A stretch of 64,000 bases of DNA from Octopus vulgaris (taxonomy: Eukaryota): assembly GCA_951406725.2 (NCBI GenBank), contig OX597828.1, positions 64,542,001 to 64,606,000 on the forward strand, written 5' to 3'. The notes under the pieces were generated by a model. That model saw nothing but the letters and a program-made list of their open reading frames with translations. It did no database searches and was not told where the DNA came from. The first letter of the stretch is position 1. The number at the start of each line of letters is the position of its first letter. A program made the translations under genes and the position numbers. Positions 1 to 13,087 of the stretch are shown in pieces.

Positions 1-85
1 TAAACCAGTGACCCCACCAATCTAGCCTGGTGAGGAGGGGTGCGAGAAACCTAGCAGGATCAAAAACAAGATATATATACATACA

Positions 86-142
<57 letters not shown>

Positions 143-259
143 CTTGGAGGATAAGAAGCGACGCGAGGCGTTCAGTCATATAATAACAATTTAACAAATA
201 AAACATATGCAAACATACATATATATATGTACATACCTACATCTATATGTATATATACA

Positions 260-303
<44 letters not shown>

Positions 304-335
304 TATGCGTGTATGTATATATATATATATGCGTG

Positions 336-371
<36 letters not shown>

Positions 372-375
<4 letters not shown>

Positions 376-700
376 TACAGGACACCGCAAATAAACGTAG
401 AACACAGCGAGAAACGAAAACATAAAAACAAACAAGGAAACGGACTTTTTTTAACAACAAAAAAACAGAGTACAAGACAAACAATACAAGGAATATTCCC
501 CTTCATCAGCTGCCTCTGGTTCGACTCAATGTGTGTTTCGAAGGTAAGGGCAGAACACGATCCGGCCGAAGCAATCCTTCCTGCAAAATGAATTAAATAA
601 AATTCTTTTGCAGAGGGGTAAAAAAAGAAAAAAGAACAAAACGTAAAAGCAATACAAATAAAAAACAGTACACATAAAGAATAAAAACAGGACAAGATGC
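372..700 (-). mobile_element. Non-autonomous Penelope-like/retrozyme-type terminal fragment between (TA)n tracts
   Basis: Ribozyme motif followed on the minus strand by a T-rich tail ending in GTCCTGTACTCAT(AT)n; a similar tail end occurs at ~39180 and ~62030. Confidence 0.5.
503..580 (-). ncRNA. Putative non-circularly permuted (pseudoknotted) hammerhead ribozyme, copy 1
   Basis: Minus strand reads GAAGG..TTCGGC..GTGT-T-CTGCC..CCTTC-GAA-ACAC..GTCGAA..GGCAG-CTGATGA. Pairings: GAAGG/CCTTC, TTCGGC/GTCGAA, GTGT/ACAC, CTGCC/GGCAG. Triplet is GUU. Confidence 0.7.
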
Positions 701-757
<57 letters not shown>

Positions 758-1221
758 AGCGTACATACATATGAATTTTAGTCCTTACGATGGTTTCCAT
801 ATTATTTTTAATCGACAGAAGTTATAAAGTGATTGAATGACAGAATGTTGTGTATGCACGACACTCTCGGCCCTTGAGTCACTTTGTGGCTCGTGTTCCT
901 TGACTTCTATTTCTCCTGTTTGTGCTACGAAGCCTATCTATCATTAGATGGACGTTTGTGCTGATAAGAGATCAGAGCAACAGAACCCAGCACAAGAAAT
1001 CACTGTTTACAATTTATTTCTTTTTTCGTTTTGCAGCGGAAACATCACAAATTATAACTGCGAGTTTCATGTTTCTCGTTTTGAATTATATGTGTGCACA
1101 TGTATGTGTGTGTGTATGTGTGTGTTTGTGAGTGTGTATGCATACACACACACACCTACACACACATGTATATAGATACATAGATACATACATATCTATA
1201 TACATACATATACATACACAG

Positions 1222-1278
<57 letters not shown>

Positions 1279-1667
1279 AATACATATATGTGTGTGTGTT
1301 TGTGTGTGTGATTGTATGTATGTATGTGTGTGTGTGTGCGTGTGTGCGTGTGTTTGTGGCCATCCATAAAGTCTCCGATTTCTACGAATGGTCACGTGAG
1401 TTGCCAGCTGGACTTTCATCTCATTAGTTTCAGTAAACAGTTTTGATGATGTTATCTGCTTCATTTTGGAGCCAGTGAACTGTGGAGATTCTGGTTCAAT
1501 ATCTGATGGGAACACAATCTGTGTCTTGATTTGGGGTGGGAAGGGAGGCCTTATTCGTTCCATTTTCTATTTAGAATTATGTCGCCTAAGACACACACAT
1601 ATACGCACACATACAGGCACATGCACACATACATACACATGCACTCACACTTGCACGCTCACACACA

Positions 1668-1703
<36 letters not shown>

Positions 1704-1824
1704 ATGTGTATATATATATATATATATTTGTACACATACATATGCGTATATATGTATATATATGTTTGTATACATCTGCTAGTGAATATTATATAAAGAG
1801 ATAGATATATGTACATACATGTAT

Positions 1825-1860
<36 letters not shown>

Positions 1861-1925
1861 CCTACATACACAAATTTAAAACAATGTTTTTGCATGTGTG
1901 TGAGTGTGTGTGTGAGTGTGTGTGC

Positions 1926-1958
<33 letters not shown>

Positions 1959-3571
1959 TGTGTGTGTGTGAATGTGTGTACTTCTATGTTACCAGCAACG
2001 TCGAACAATTTAACACACCACAATCTCCATTCCCAGTATCAACACATATTATTCCACCACGATGACCGCCATCGTCACCGCAGCTGCCATGATGCAACTA
2101 CCGTATCTCCGTAGCTGGCGCGCATTTAGCTTTGATCTTACCACCACCACTGAAATGATTATAGAAAGGAAACGTCAGTAGTACTGACAGTGTCAACTGT
2201 AGCATAGTATAGGTAGTTGTAGTGAGGGTGATGCTGGGCAAGTGTATTCGGCAAAGGCGTTGTTATTGTTAAGAGTGGTGGCGGTCGAGAGAAGCGTTTA
2301 ACGAATAAAGGTTACTCGAACATTCTTCCAGCTTATATCTTGAATTTTGATTCTAATTAGCTGAGGATTTTTTAATAAATTTAAAATAAAGTACTGGAAA
2401 CCAATTAATTTTGCAGTTTTGAGGGGAGGGACGTAAGTCGAATGTATCGACCCTGACTGGTACATTTTTAAAAATCTACTCCGAAAGGTTAAAAGGCAAA
2501 GGCGATTCGTTCGACTAAAATTCTTCAAGGCGGTGCCCCAGCATGGTCGCAATCTAGTGACTGAAACAAACAAAAGATAAAAGATAGAAGATATGGACGG
2601 ATGGATGTGAAACATGATATACGTGTGTGTGTTTGTTTATACATGTGTGTGGGGGAGTGCGTGTGCTTTCTCTGTATTTACCAGACGATATCGATCAATC
2701 AATGAGTATTGACAACGGACACTGTTGTGGATTATAGTATTTAATTAACATTTCATTAATTTATCCGTTAATACGCACGTTAATTAATTAAATCCAATCT
2801 CTGTAATTTACTTTATCCATTTTGACATCTAACTGAGTGAACATGTAATATGGTTGGGGGCGGGGTAGTCACAGTAGCACAAACATTTCAATAGCACTAA
2901 CGGTTCTTTGTTAATTAACAGATAACAGGATATGGGCTGGTGATGTTGTTTAGACCCCGCTACATGGACCGGTGCTAAGGAGGGTGGACTCGTGATCATA
3001 ATGTCGTGGGTTCTGTTCCTGGTGTGGCTTTTTGCTTTTCAGCAAGGAACTTCTTTTATGTTGCTCCATTTAAGTGAAGCGAAAATCAGTACAAGTTGTA
3101 AAAGCTGGGAGTTAACCATACGATGGGCCAGCGTTTCGTCCAGGAACAAATCTTGTATTCTCAGGGCATTAAACCTTAGAAATTGAGAGCAATGCCGGCC
3201 GTGTCTGAGGTTTTGAGACAGATTCTAGTAATTTATAAAATGTTAAAGTCAGTCCTCTTTCAGTAGACCTGTTGAGACTATTGTCTTTTATTTGGGCACT
3301 GTGTATCTTGGAATACATTATCTTATGTGTCCTTCATTATCGTTGTTATTGGTTAGCCCCGGATCTGCCCTGGTCCAAAAAAAAAACAGTGATCAATGAC
3401 ATGCTAGTAGTAACCAGTCACTATTTTGGCCAGCTGAGTGGACTGGAGCAACGTGAAATAAAGAGTCTTGCTCAAGGACATAATGCACCGCCGGGAACCG
3501 AACTCTTATTTCTGATCCGAATGACCTAACCACTAAGCCACCCGCCTTCTCATATTCTGCTGAAGTATATT

Positions 3572-3602
<31 letters not shown>

Positions 3603-4296
3603 TTTAAATACACATTTAAATACATGCACACAAATAGACGCATACAAATACACACATTTCCTTTCTCTTCCCCCTCTTTCCTTCTCTTCTACTCTCCTCT
3701 ATACTTTCTCTCTCCCCCTCGATCTCTCTCCTTTTCCCCCTGTCTTTCATTCCACCCTTATTTGCACGCTCCTTCTTAACTCACGTCTTAACCGCAATCC
3801 AAACCACAACTTAACTCCACATATGTACCCGTATCTCAGCATAACATACCCGTGATTCACCCTAAACCAAAGCTAATGCAACATTAAAATTTCGGCCAGT
3901 CACACCCTAAGCCAAACCCTAACCCTATTCCTCCCCGACACACCCGTATCAGGCCTTTACGACAGACATAATCTCCAACAAAAAAAACCACACACCCTTA
4001 ACCAACGCTAACCCAACCGTAACACCTCAAATAATAACGGAAGTTAATCAACTGTATCAACCACCCCATAACTAGAACTTTAACCCTAACTTTAACCAAT
4101 GCATCTACCCGCATCATACACTTAGCTTAACCATAACTGTATACCCCAAAGACGATATTCTCAGTTACTGCGCCTGGACACCTTTCTGTGTTGCTTAAGA
4201 TCCTCATATGTGCCGCGAGAATTATTATTGTTGTTGTTGTTGTTGCTGTTGTTGCTGTTGTTGCTGTTGTTGCTGTTGTTATTGTTGTTGTTGTTA

Positions 4297-4339
<43 letters not shown>

Positions 4340-5021
4340 GTAAGTCAGAAAATGTCAGATTAAAAGAAACATGAATGTCTTTAATATTTCTCATGTTGCG
4401 TGTGTATTCCTTCCTTTGGCGCAAAGTGCAATGCCCTCAACTGAATCTTTTTTTTCCCCATTTTCTTGCAGGAAAGAAATAATCCTTGTTTTTCATCTAT
4501 GTTAAAGTAGTGAGCTGGCAGAATAGTTAGTGCGTCGGACAAAATGCTTAGCGACATTTCATATCTTCCACCAAGATCTACTTATCCTTTCATACTCGAT
4601 AAAATACAGTCAAATACTGGTGTCGATATAATCAACTTAAACCGTCTTTTAAAAATTGCTAGCTTTGTGCAAAACAGAAAAACTACAACAACAAAAAAAG
4701 AAAAAGTATATGAACATGTCTTGTCTTGGCCCCTCGCCGATCGGTTACGAGGTGTGTCTGGGATATTTTTAGACTTGAAGTCAATCCCTCTCCTAAGGGA
4801 AGAAGGCCTACGCCAGAAAGAAGAGCTCTAGAAAGGCAAATTGGATGGCAAAAATCAACCTTGACCGTAGTGTGAGTATTATATTTATCGACCCCAAAAA
4901 AAATGAAAAGCAAAGTTGACCTCGGTGGGATTTGAACTCAGAGGGGAGGGAGCCGGGACGATTATCACAAAGCAATCTACCCGATGCGCTAACCATTCGG
5001 GCAACTGGCTATTCTCTTTGC

Positions 5022-5054
<33 letters not shown>

Positions 5055-5269
5055 CGAATATTATGTAAATTGAAAATTCCTAATTAGTAATTTGAGTTGG
5101 TAATTAACATCTCATTACCTCTAATGTCCCTGCCAATTTTATGAACAATGCCGGTCCCTCCTTCTCCACTGGCCCACAATCAGGTTAAGCCAAGGACGAA
5201 TCTGACTTCATAGAAAATATATCTCAACACTTGCATTGTATATATTCATTACATTCTTGTTATTTTATT

Positions 5270-5672
5270 CATTCACTTGTTTCAGTCATTTGACGGCAAC
5301 CATGCTGGAGCACCGCCTCTAGTCGAACAAATCTACTCCAGGACCTATTTTTTGTAAACCTAGTACTTATTCTATTGGTCTCTTTTGCCGAACCGCTAAG
5401 CTATGGAGACGTAAGCACACTAACATCGGTTGTCATGCGATGGTGGGGTGGAGGGACAAACACAGATACACAAACATATTTATGCATATATATATATAAA
5501 TACACACACACACACACACAACGGGCTTCTTTCAGTTTCCGTCTACCAAATCCACTCACAAGGCTTTTGTCGGCCCAAGGCTATAGTAGAAGACACTTGC
5601 CCAAAGTGCCACACAGTGGGACTGAACCCGGAACCATGTGTTTGGGAAGCAAGCTTCTTACGACACAACCAT
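5270..5672 (-). mobile_element. tRNA-derived SINE, family A (abundant octopus-type)
   Basis: Matches the copies at 38096, 39227 and 61052: tRNA-like head with GGTTCAGTCCC B-box, internal (CA)/(TA) tract and shared 3' part. Confidence 0.8.
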
Positions 5673-5681
5673 AAAAAGTGC

Positions 5682-5774
5682 TGCCCCGGGTGAGGATTGA
5701 ACTCACGACCTTCAGATGGCTCTAAGTTTCCTTTGATTATGAGACTAACGCGCTGCCTACTGCGCTACCGGGGT
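5682..5774 (-). tRNA. trnM-CAT: Elongator tRNA-Met (CAT) gene with a 20-nt intron at 37/38 (intron 5718-5737)
   Basis: Minus strand: ACCCCGGTAGCGCAGTAGGCAGCGCGTTAGTCTCATA-[ATCAAAGGAAACTTAGAGCC]-ATCTGAAGGTCGTGAGTTCAATCCTCACCCGGGGCA, followed a few nt later by TTTTT. The spliced 73 nt closely matches metazoan elongator tRNA-Met. The A1:C72 mismatch may mean it is a pseudogene. Confidence 0.9.
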
Positions 5775-5791
5775 GCTGATATATATATAAT

Positions 5792-5912
5792 TTTTAAACA
5801 AGAAATGTTGTTGTCAGTGACTTCGAAGTTTTAGCCAGCTAAGCCATCGTCCGATGATGGCTTAAGAGGCCGAAACTTCGATTTCCCTATCAAGAACATT
5901 CTTGTTTAAGAA
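5792..5912. repeat. Imperfect fold-back centred on a hammerhead-like core (Penelope-type inverted terminal piece)
   Basis: Arms AAACAAGAAATGTT...TCGAAGTTT..AAGCCATC / GATGGCTT..GAAACTTCGA...AACATTCTTGTTT; the right arm reads CCGATGA-TGGC..GCC-GAAAC. Confidence 0.55.
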
Positions 5913-7069
5913 TAATAAATTTGTATTCTACAAAAGTATAGAGTAAACCATCAGAGTAATGCGAAAGTGCTTTTATTATAACTGAAAATAAAACAAACAT
6001 TAATGTGTGTGTGTGGGGGGGTTGCTTTAGTAAAATTCTTATCAACACGGTTAGTGTGCCGCAACACGTTTCAGTGCCTAATTAGATGTGCCGCAGGCTG
6101 GTTAAGAAAGCTTGGAAAATCTGTCTCCCAGAGCGACACCCAGAGTGTTGCTCCTTTAAATATCCCTTAACCACAACTTAACAACGTCTTGACCAGAAAC
6201 TAACCCCTTTCTGCCTTGACTACATCTTAACCCTAACCCTGACCCTAACCCCTTTCACAGGAACTTCGTCGCATCTTGCCATCCACGTTCTCTGATTTGA
6301 AATCCTCTCTTTACTCCTTAACCCTAACGCCTAAACATTTTCTGTGGCCCTTAACCCCTTTCTTGTTTCCAACACAAAATGTGGGTGGGGCGGCGGTGGT
6401 GGTGGTGGTGGTCTGGGGATGGTTGTCACTGTGGCGATAATAATGATGGTAGTGCTAACGGTGATGATGATGGAAGAGGTAGTGGTGATGGTGGTGGTGT
6501 TAATGGCGATGGTACTGATAAGAGAGGTGATGGCTATGGTAGTAGTGGTAGTGGTAGATGTGGTAGTGCTAAGATGCTGGTGATAGTAGTGGCGGCGGCA
6601 GGGTGGTAGGGGTGGTGAGGTTGACAGAAAGGTCCATTGTTGTGAGAAACTAATTATGTGATCCTGACCACAACGAGAATTGAATCAACCATGTCAAAAG
6701 TGGTAACGTTTGCCCACAATGGTTCCGCTCCAGTGACTGACGGCAGCTTCCCCTCTTTCTTCCTCCCGCTTCTCCTCTCTTCTTCACCTCTCCCTGATGA
6801 TGAAAGGAGACGTGTGGGTGCTTAGAGGGAGGGACGAGCTTTGAGAGGAACACAGTGTCATGGGTGGGCGGAGGGTTGTTGTTGTTGGAGGAGGAGGGGT
6901 GGAGTATTGTTTGCGGCGCTCATCTTCCACGAACTTCACATATACACACACCCTCATATATCCATATGTCCATATGGGTAATGTTCATGCATGTGCGTAT
7001 ATATACATACATGCATACATACAAATATATGTACACATACATATATGCATACATACATACATACATACG

Positions 7070-7106
<37 letters not shown>

Positions 7107-7176
7107 ATATATACATTGTATACGAACGTATATGCAGGTACACACACACGTATATATATATATATGAATATATGCA

Positions 7177-7243
<67 letters not shown>

Positions 7244-7297
7244 ATACACACAGATGTATATCTTTCTCTCTATATATATCTCTCTATCTCTCTCTCG

Positions 7298-7360
<63 letters not shown>

Positions 7361-7607
7361 TGATAATATATACAGTTATATTATGAGAATTAAGTGTATT
7401 TATGCAAAATATATATATTTATAGACATACATTTATTCTTATGAAACATATTGTATTTATATACCATAATGCATACACACATACAACTTCACATATATAT
7501 ATATATATATATATATTCTACACTTCCATATATACCCAGATACACATGATCTCATGCTTTCGTCAATGAACCCCTATGATTCTCCCCAGTTATTCTCTCT
7601 CATACTA

Positions 7608-7657
<50 letters not shown>

Positions 7658-8039
7658 CTCGTCTCCCTTTGACACATTACTGACAAACGAGGTAGTAATT
7701 CCATGTGAGCCCATTAACGGATGCCTTCTATCTCCGGGTGTGATCCCACAATGACCAGACCCCTATCAGTAAATAAACGGTTATTAGGTTCAAACTGATA
7801 CGGCACGTGCGGAACTTCTCAGAAACTGACGACCAACACCCCACCTCACTCCGCATCCCTCCGATCCCCCGTTCCTTCCTGCCCCTCCCCCTCACCGAAG
7901 GTTGATACCCGACGCTTCACTTCATCTCGTTTATCCGTGTGTCTATCGTTATGTTTTGAACAGGACAAACAACAAACGCATTTGCGCGTGTATCCGGTTT
8001 ATGTACATAGCATATCTTTATGTGTGCGCGTGCGTGTGA

Positions 8040-8098
<59 letters not shown>

Positions 8099-8559
8099 AC
8101 TGAGTGGTTAAGGAGATCGCTTTGCAATCATGTGGTTTCCGGCTCAGACCCACTGCGCGTCACCTTGAGCAAATGTCTTCTAATGTAACTTCGGATCATC
8201 CAATTCCTTGCCAGTGAATTTGATAGACGGAAACTGTGTGGAAGTTCGTCGTGTGTGTGTGTGTGTCTCTATGGTTTTTCACCCCAACGATTGGCAGCCA
8301 ATGAATCGAATACGTTATGAAGATAAATCATCGAAAGATGTCAATGCTGGAGCGAGATTTGAACTCAAACGTTACGAGGTTGAGGTAAATAATGCGAGGC
8401 ATTACATGTAAGACGTTTCTTATTTAATACATTTCTCATTTAATTCAGTGTACATTTAATAATGTGTGCACTTCATGAGTTGCTCATTTAACACGCGACA
8501 CATATGTTCGAAAGAAATTCCTGTCAAATTTCAAGAGTGGTGGTGGTGGGGGGGGGAGC

Positions 8560-9250
8560 AAAACCAAATACTTCTTTGGTCTTAATTGATATATCTAATC
8601 AAGAGACTATTTTACCCTGATTATAACATAATCCCATCTATTTGGCAAAGTGTTGGTTCTTCAGGAGTAAAATTCTGCAGGTTTCGAAGTCAAGAAACAC
8701 TCAATGTCAGAATAATGTTTTTAGGGTGAAATCCTCCTATGTGGTGATACGGATTCTCCTTTTTCATTGGGCGCTAACCATTGTCGTTTCGTTGGATATA
8801 ATTACAGAGAGCCAACTTTTCATCACCTCTGATAACTCTCCCCAAGTAATGAGAGACAGAGGATAACTCTTTGATAAAGCTTAGAAGCAGACAAATAATG
8901 TGGAACCAAACTTAAATACTTTTCCTTGTTCACTTGAAGTGAATTGTTTTGCCAATTCTCGTGCAGTTTGCTTTTTAATTTCCTCAACTATGGTTTTCAG
9001 AAACACAATATTGATAGAATTTGGTCATTCAAATCGAGGGGAATCTGCAAGAAAAAAAGAAAAAATGCCAAACCATTGCTGGCATGTCCAAACATTTAAA
9101 CCTTCATTTCCATAGACAGAACGAATACTTGTAGCAGTTCCCATTGCTGGAGAATCTTTAAATCCATCAAACATGCAGTGTCTGATATAGATTTAGTCTA
9201 AACGTCTTCTAAGAGGTTAAAATCACCATGAATTAACTACTGTAGTATCA
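8560..9250 (-). pseudogene. Decayed mariner transposase relic
   Basis: Minus-strand translation gives HCMFDGFKDSPAMGTATSIRSVYGNEGLNVWTCQQWFG (HTH region) and GDEK...KRQWLAPNEK...GFHPK; stops and frameshifts present. Confidence 0.7.
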
Positions 9251-9369
9251 AGGGACCAGCAGAGAAAGAAGCAAAATTAGAATGTTTATTTTATTGTAAG
9301 AATTGAAAAGGGGATCCTCCAGGTGACAGGACTTTCTTTACCGGTCGGATATGACTTTGTCCATTAAGC

Positions 9370-9590
9370 CAATGAGCTGGCAGAATCATTAGCACGCCGG
9401 GAACACTACAAAGCGGCATTTCGTTTGTCTCTTTACGTTCTGGGATCAAATCCCAACGAGATTGACTTTGCCTTTCATCTTTTCAGGATCGATAAAATTA
9501 ATATCAGTTGAGTACTGGGGTCGATTGAATCGAATTATCTCCTCCTCTAAATTGCTAGCCTTGTTCCAAAATTTGAAACCAATATCTATA
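9370..9590 (+). mobile_element. SINE family B (GAGCTGGCAGAATCGTTAGCACG head; GCCTTTCATCCTTTCGGGGTCGATAAA core)
   Basis: Related copies or fragments at ~4510, 4830(-), 21680(-), 25140(-), 26630, 26886, 27115, 34200, 42430, 43140(-), 54860(-). From memory, the core resembles the Meta/MESC-type SINE domain. Confidence 0.7.
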
Positions 9591-9889
9591 TTACGGAGTG
9601 AGTACGAAACGAAATACATCTCAGTTCGAGACATCTCGCAATGACGTCAGTGTAAATCTAACGTCGTTGCTGTACATACAGATGATCCGATCTCTCCCTT
9701 TTTATACCCCAACCCCGTCCCCACTACTTAACCTCTAGTTAACCTCTTCTTGATCCTTCATGACCACCTCTCCCCACTATACCATAAATTAACACTGACT
9801 AATTAACCAAAAGTGATAATTGAAAAATCTCACCTCGGAAGTCTTTTGTTTTCTTTTTCCCCAGATATTTTTTTCCCATTCCTCGTATT

Positions 9890-10095
9890 CTGAATATTCA
9901 TAATCATGTTCTTTATTATCCAGGAAAGTCTTATAATCCGGCATTTTTTTTCATAATCCAACTTATTCTTCATAATTCGGCTCATTCTTCATATTTCCGG
10001 GAGATCCTTCATATTCTGGCTGATATCCAGCAGAATGTCAAAAATCCGAAGACTGACCATAATCCGTCGTATTCTTTATATTCCGGCATAATAAC
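9890..10095. repeat. Degenerate ~19-20-bp minisatellite (TTCATAATCCGG... unit)
   Basis: Recurrent cataatcc/catattc units at roughly 20-bp spacing. Confidence 0.55.
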
Positions 10096-11369
10096 GAACA
10101 AGAAGGAAAAGGCCACGTTTTCTATCTCTGGTTTTGCTCCTGTGTTGTGCTGTTATTTAGCACAAAGTCAGGCAGAATCGAGTTTATGATAAAAGACGTT
10201 CCAGTTGTCTCTTCTTTTATCCAATGAGCCATTCTGGCACTGTGTCTAAATCAGGAATCGTTGTTGTTGTTGTTAACACTTTTCATAACTTGTTTAGAAG
10301 AGGAAAGGCAGCGGCCATTACGACGGAGACTAACTTTTGTCTCAATATTTCCAACAGAATCACCTCCACTACAGTCACTCAAGAGTCAAAATAGTGATGT
10401 TAAAGCAGGAAACGGATGAAGTCTACAACTCAACAACAAAATAGATCACTCAATACTTTCTCCGTCTTCCAAGTTTCAAGAAAATAATCTTCAATATTTC
10501 CTAAACACTCTCAACAGAACCCAACCATGAGATTCGCGGGAACCTTCTCCATATAGAGGACTCAATTAGTGTAGATGATGTAGTATGGGCCACGCCGGGT
10601 GTTGTGTAATTAAATGAATGTCTCAATCTCCAGTTGATTATCAGGTCTTGAACATTTATATTCTTTCTAGTCTAGTGCCTTCTACCAAGACCGTTAAATC
10701 TGTCACCCACTTCGCTTCCCGGGCGAATCATTTCTCTGTTGAGTTCCAATTAGTCCTGAGTCTTTTTCTTCTAGCAAGTTCTTTCCTCGAACTGCTGCTC
10801 ATCGTCTTGTTTTCCTCTAGTCTATGATAGTTAGTCCTTTAAGCTTTCTATCAACCGACATCTTTCCCTTCTTGCAGTCCCTTACGCAACGGTGACCCTA
10901 AACTTTACTCGGGACAAAATCTTTGAAAACAAAAATGCTGCAGTGAAATCTTTATCAAATTACCCCCGACTACATATTTATATATTAATCAATTGTGAGA
11001 CTATCACAAAAAGTGCTTAATTATCAATGTGACGTGCAGCACGGCTGAACGTGAAACCGCGTAATTACGAAAGGTTCGCCCAAAACTGGTCAGTGACAAA
11101 CGTCAACACCTCTTCGCAGTATTTAGTTAGGGGATTTAACACACGCACTGTGTTCAGACCACACAACGGCCCCATATGCTTTTAGCATTTCGGAGTCAAT
11201 AGATTAATTACCAATCGAGTATTGATTACGAATAATTATCAATGTTAGTATGGATATTGTATAATTTGCGATATCCAAAGCGTGGAATTGTTTTCCAGGA
11301 GTTTTTGAGTTCAAGTTCCGTCCTAATCAATATTACTCTTTTCATGTCGTGTATTAACAAATGGATTAA

Positions 11370-11770
<401 letters not shown>

Positions 11771-12496
11771 ACATAAAAATACACAGCCCATAGACGCAGA
11801 AAAGAGAATCGACGACAACAACGGCATCAGCAACAATGTCGACATAAAGATGGATTACCCAACAACAATCAGTGGGACAAATTAGGAAACTGACCAACTG
11901 GACTGCAATAACCTTGCTGCCCCTTTTCTCTGTGTGATTGTAAGATTGGCCCTTATTTTCACATGTCACATCCAGTATAACAAAAAAGGGAGCTCGCCAT
12001 ATTGCAATAGAATAGGGCAGGGAAGAGAGGGACCTGGATTATATCTATATATATTATATTTGCATATATACATATACACACACATATATACATACACACA
12101 CACACATATACATATATATATACATACATCTCTCTCTCTCTCTACATATATATACACATATATATGTGTGTGTGTAATGACTATGCCAAGTCTTGCCTCA
12201 GTCAAGTACTAATTGTTTGTTAATGATAGATATGGATAATTTTATGTCTGTCACTTTTGTGTGGGGGTGGGTCGGGGGTGAGGGTGAGGGGCTGCATTTG
12301 TGTGTTTTGCGTTTGTATCGTCCTTATGTAGTTGTATGATTCTACATGTTTTATTCAAGAATACTCACGCGCTGTGTCTATATGTTTGTGCTTTTAGATA
12401 TGTATGAGTTTATAGGTGTGTGCGTGTATACATACATGCACATATATGTGTGTGTGTGTGTATGTATATATGTGTGTGTTTGTATGTGTGTGTATG

Positions 12497-12586
<90 letters not shown>

Positions 12587-13087
12587 GGTGTGTAAGTGCA
12601 TGTGTGATCTTTTTGGTTGTATGTGTATTTTGATGAACGTATCTGTTGGTTTGGTGATGTTTATGTTAATTATAGGAACGCCTATGAGTGAGGTACCGTT
12701 GAGATAGGGTATAGGCACACCCGGTGGGCTTCAGTGTTAGGAGAATGTGGAATCCAAGGAAACATACCGGAAATATGCTGGAATGACTGTAGGAGAGGAG
12801 GGCCATGGGAACGATCAGCGTGTGTGTGTGAATATGTGAATGTATGTGTACATCATAGGCGTGTGTGTGTGTGTACACCATATGCATGTGTGTATGTGTA
12901 CACAAAATGCATGTGTGTGTATGTGTACACCATATGCATGTGTGTGTGTACATCATATGCATGTGTGAATGGGTACACCAAATGCATGTGTGTGTATGTA
13001 TCTATTTAAACCACAAATAGTTTTCTGAACATTATATCACATAATATTCATGGCGACTTGCATAAACACAACATTAATTTAATTTGA

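Noticed and set aside
1360-1580. Non-repetitive minus-strand ORF segment (MERIRPPF...)
   Set aside because: No recognisable domain or convincing splice context.
172-2114. ORFs rich in YI/HT/CV repeats here and throughout the window
   Set aside because: They are translations of (TA)n, (CA)n and similar microsatellites, with no coding signal.
7688-7712. GAGGTAGTA let-7-like string
   Set aside because: The rest of the mature let-7 sequence and a precursor hairpin are absent.
12830-13005. ~28-bp periodic repeat resembling a spaced array
   Set aside because: A microsatellite-derived minisatellite without unique spacers; not CRISPR-like.
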